Assembly: GCA_028826165.1 (NCBI GenBank)
Contig: JAPDFW010000058.1
Span: 124,001-188,000 of the forward strand
Direction: 5' to 3'
DNA: 64,000 nucleotides
Origin: Anaeramoeba ignava BMAN
Taxonomy: Eukaryota; Protista; Anaeramoebae
The translations under genes and the position numbers were made by a program. Positions 62,056 to 64,000 of this stretch are shown one piece after another (within the stretch, counting starts at the first letter, position 1; each line of letters starts with the position of its first letter). The notes beneath the pieces are model-generated. The model was given only the letters and a program-made list of their open reading frames with translations, was not told where the DNA came from and made no database searches.

Positions 62056-64000
62056 TTATCTTCCAGTTTCTCTTTTTCTTGCTTTAGAAAGAAAATAAAC
62101 AGATAAACCCCAATAAATCAAAATAAAAGTAACTATAAGAAGAGCATTTTGCCAAAAACTAACATCATAAAAACCTTTCAATTTAAGGAATTGTTCACCA
62201 GTAGTAATAGGACAAACACCTTGAACTAATTCAGATTGAGTACAAGTAAATTTAAGTCCAGTAAATTCATTTTTGACAATAGAAGCAAAAGAATACTTGA
62301 TTGGATCAATATATTGAAACCAAGAAAGAGCTTTAGTGATATTATTCAGATCAATCATGAATCCACAAAAAATAATCATTGGAAGAAGCATAGAAGGACC
62401 AACTAAAAGTGCTATTTCAGGACTTCTTGTTCCAGTTGAAATCGTCATTCCAAAAGCACTTCCTGTGACTGATGAAAGAATACAAAACAAAATAAGAATA
62501 AACCAATTTTTTGGATTTTTTTGTAATCCTGTTATTGGTGTGACTATAACTGCAAATATTGTTGGAACTAAAATTTCAAATGGTAGATCTGTTAAAACTT
62601 TGGAAATGAAAAAACAAACTGTTGGATATGCTGAATCCATTGATTCTCGAAGAAAAACTGCTTTTTCTTTTGGTAAAACATATAATACTGAGACTACTGG
62701 GACTGTCATTTGACTTAATACAATAAAGAAAAGTAATCCTGTTTTATCATTTATCCCACTTTGATTTTTTGATATTGCTGAGAAGATCCATGCAACAAGA
62801 CAAGCAGAAATGGCTGGTTCAAGAAGTCTTTCGATAATATATCTTTTTTGATTTTTCAATCCATAAAATCCTCTTTTGGTTAATATTAATGTTTTCTTGA
62901 ATGAATTTACTGGTTTCTCCAAATGAATATTCATTCTTTGTTTTGGAATTTTCATTGATAATGTTTTTTTCATTAAATTTGAATTATTATAATATTTAAC
63001 AAGTGATTTAATAAATTCTAATGTTCCAACTTCTCCTTTAATTATTTCATTTGAATCGTTTTGAATAAAATCAGAATTTATGATGTTATCAATATCAATT
63101 TCTTCAAATTCATCTGAAGTGTCTTGAATTTCTAAATCAACCTCGTATTTATTCATTTCAATTAAACCAATTCCATCTTTTTTATAAACTGATAATGATT
63201 TACTTAATTTATTAATTGTTTCTTCTTTTTTTAATTCTTCTTCTGAAAGTGAAACTAAATCAATTAACCAATCTGCAAGATTTGTATTTCTTGGTGGAAA
63301 AAAATTCATTTTTGCAAAATAATTCTCAATTTCATTAATAGGTCCAAAATAAACTAATTTTCCATGTGAAAGAAGAACTAAATAATCAAATAATTCAAAT
63401 ATTGATTGTCTTGGTTGATGAATTGTTGAAATAATTGTTCTTCCATCTTTGGTTAAATCTTTTAAAATTGTAGTACATAAATAAGCTGTTTGTGCATCTA
63501 ATCCTCTTTTTTTTTTGAAAAAGAAAAATTAAATATTTTGATTTTGATTTTGATTTTGATTTTAATTTTGATTTTGATTTTAATTTTGATTTTAATTTTG
63601 ATTTTGATTTTGATTTTAATTTTGATTTTAATTTTGATTTTAATTTTGATTTTAATTTTGATTTTGATTTTGATTTTGATTTTTAATTTTGATTTTGATT
63701 TTGATTTTAATTTTGGTTTTAATTTTGATTTTGATTTTGATTTTGATTTTGATTTTGATTTTGATTTTGATTTTAATTTTGATTTTGATTTTTAATTTTG
63801 ATTTTGATTTTGGTTTTAATTTTAATTTTAATTTTGATTTTGATTTTGATTTTGATTTTAATTTTGATTTTAATTTTGATTTTAATTTTGATTTTAATTT
63901 TGATTTTAATTTTGATTTTAATTTTAATTTTGATTTTAATTTTGATTTTGATTTTGATTTTGATTTTAATTTTAATTTTAATTTTGATTTTGATTTTAAT
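62056..64000 (-). CDS. ABCG half transporter, copy D (last exon 62056-~63505; 5' part lies beyond the window)
   Basis: GLDAQTAYL...HQP and a full TMD. The window ends inside the (TTTTGA)n intron. Confidence 0.88.
63535..64000. repeat. (TTTTGA/TTTTAA)n intronic microsatellite
   Basis: Hexamer run in ABCG copy D intron 2; much longer than in copies A-C. Confidence 0.9.

Noticed and set aside
54295-62713. Recurrent antisense ORFs (125-146 aa) over the ABCG TMDs
   Set aside because: These are shadow frames of hydrophobic coding sequence, repeated only because the genes are paralogs.
1-64000. Transposable elements or inteins
   Set aside because: No transposase, reverse transcriptase, integrase, terminal-repeat or Hint-domain motifs were recognised.

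Overview
Very AT-rich (roughly 20% GC, estimated by eye) eukaryotic protist DNA. It uses the standard genetic code and GT-AG introns, and the introns and intergenic regions are packed with micro- and minisatellites. The gene style (BTB-domain expansions, DPE2, TCATTT initiator-like motifs) resembles an anaerobic metamonad such as Anaeramoeba; this is an inference. Genes in order: midasin 5' end; Kelch-BTB-BTB-SAM; ankyrin-BTB-BTB; 3xCBM20-GH77 4-alpha-glucanotransferase; START protein; AAA ATPase with a DD Walker B; uridine phosphorylase; an 887-aa protein with 7 PBZ-like zinc fingers, a DarT-like ADP-ribosyltransferase-like domain and a Methyltransf_FA-like domain; GNL3/Nug1 GTPase; a UIM-bearing TDP1-like probable pseudoenzyme; a tandem array of 10 Rab GTPase-BTB-BTB(-CaaX) fusion genes; a divergent beta-tubulin; tRNA-Trp(CCA), preceded by 11 tandem ~320-bp units that each end in the first 21 nt of the tRNA; a 5-exon PSI-like single-pass membrane protein; a GC-richer intergenic hairpin; and 4 mosaic ABCG half-transporters. 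The most striking items are the Rab-BTB array (variable GTPase and switch-II microexon on a conserved BTB cassette also used by the Kelch and ankyrin genes), the PBZ-ART protein and the tRNA-fragment array. All domain calls come from reading motifs by eye, not from database searches. Several frameshifts fall in homopolymers and may be sequencing errors.
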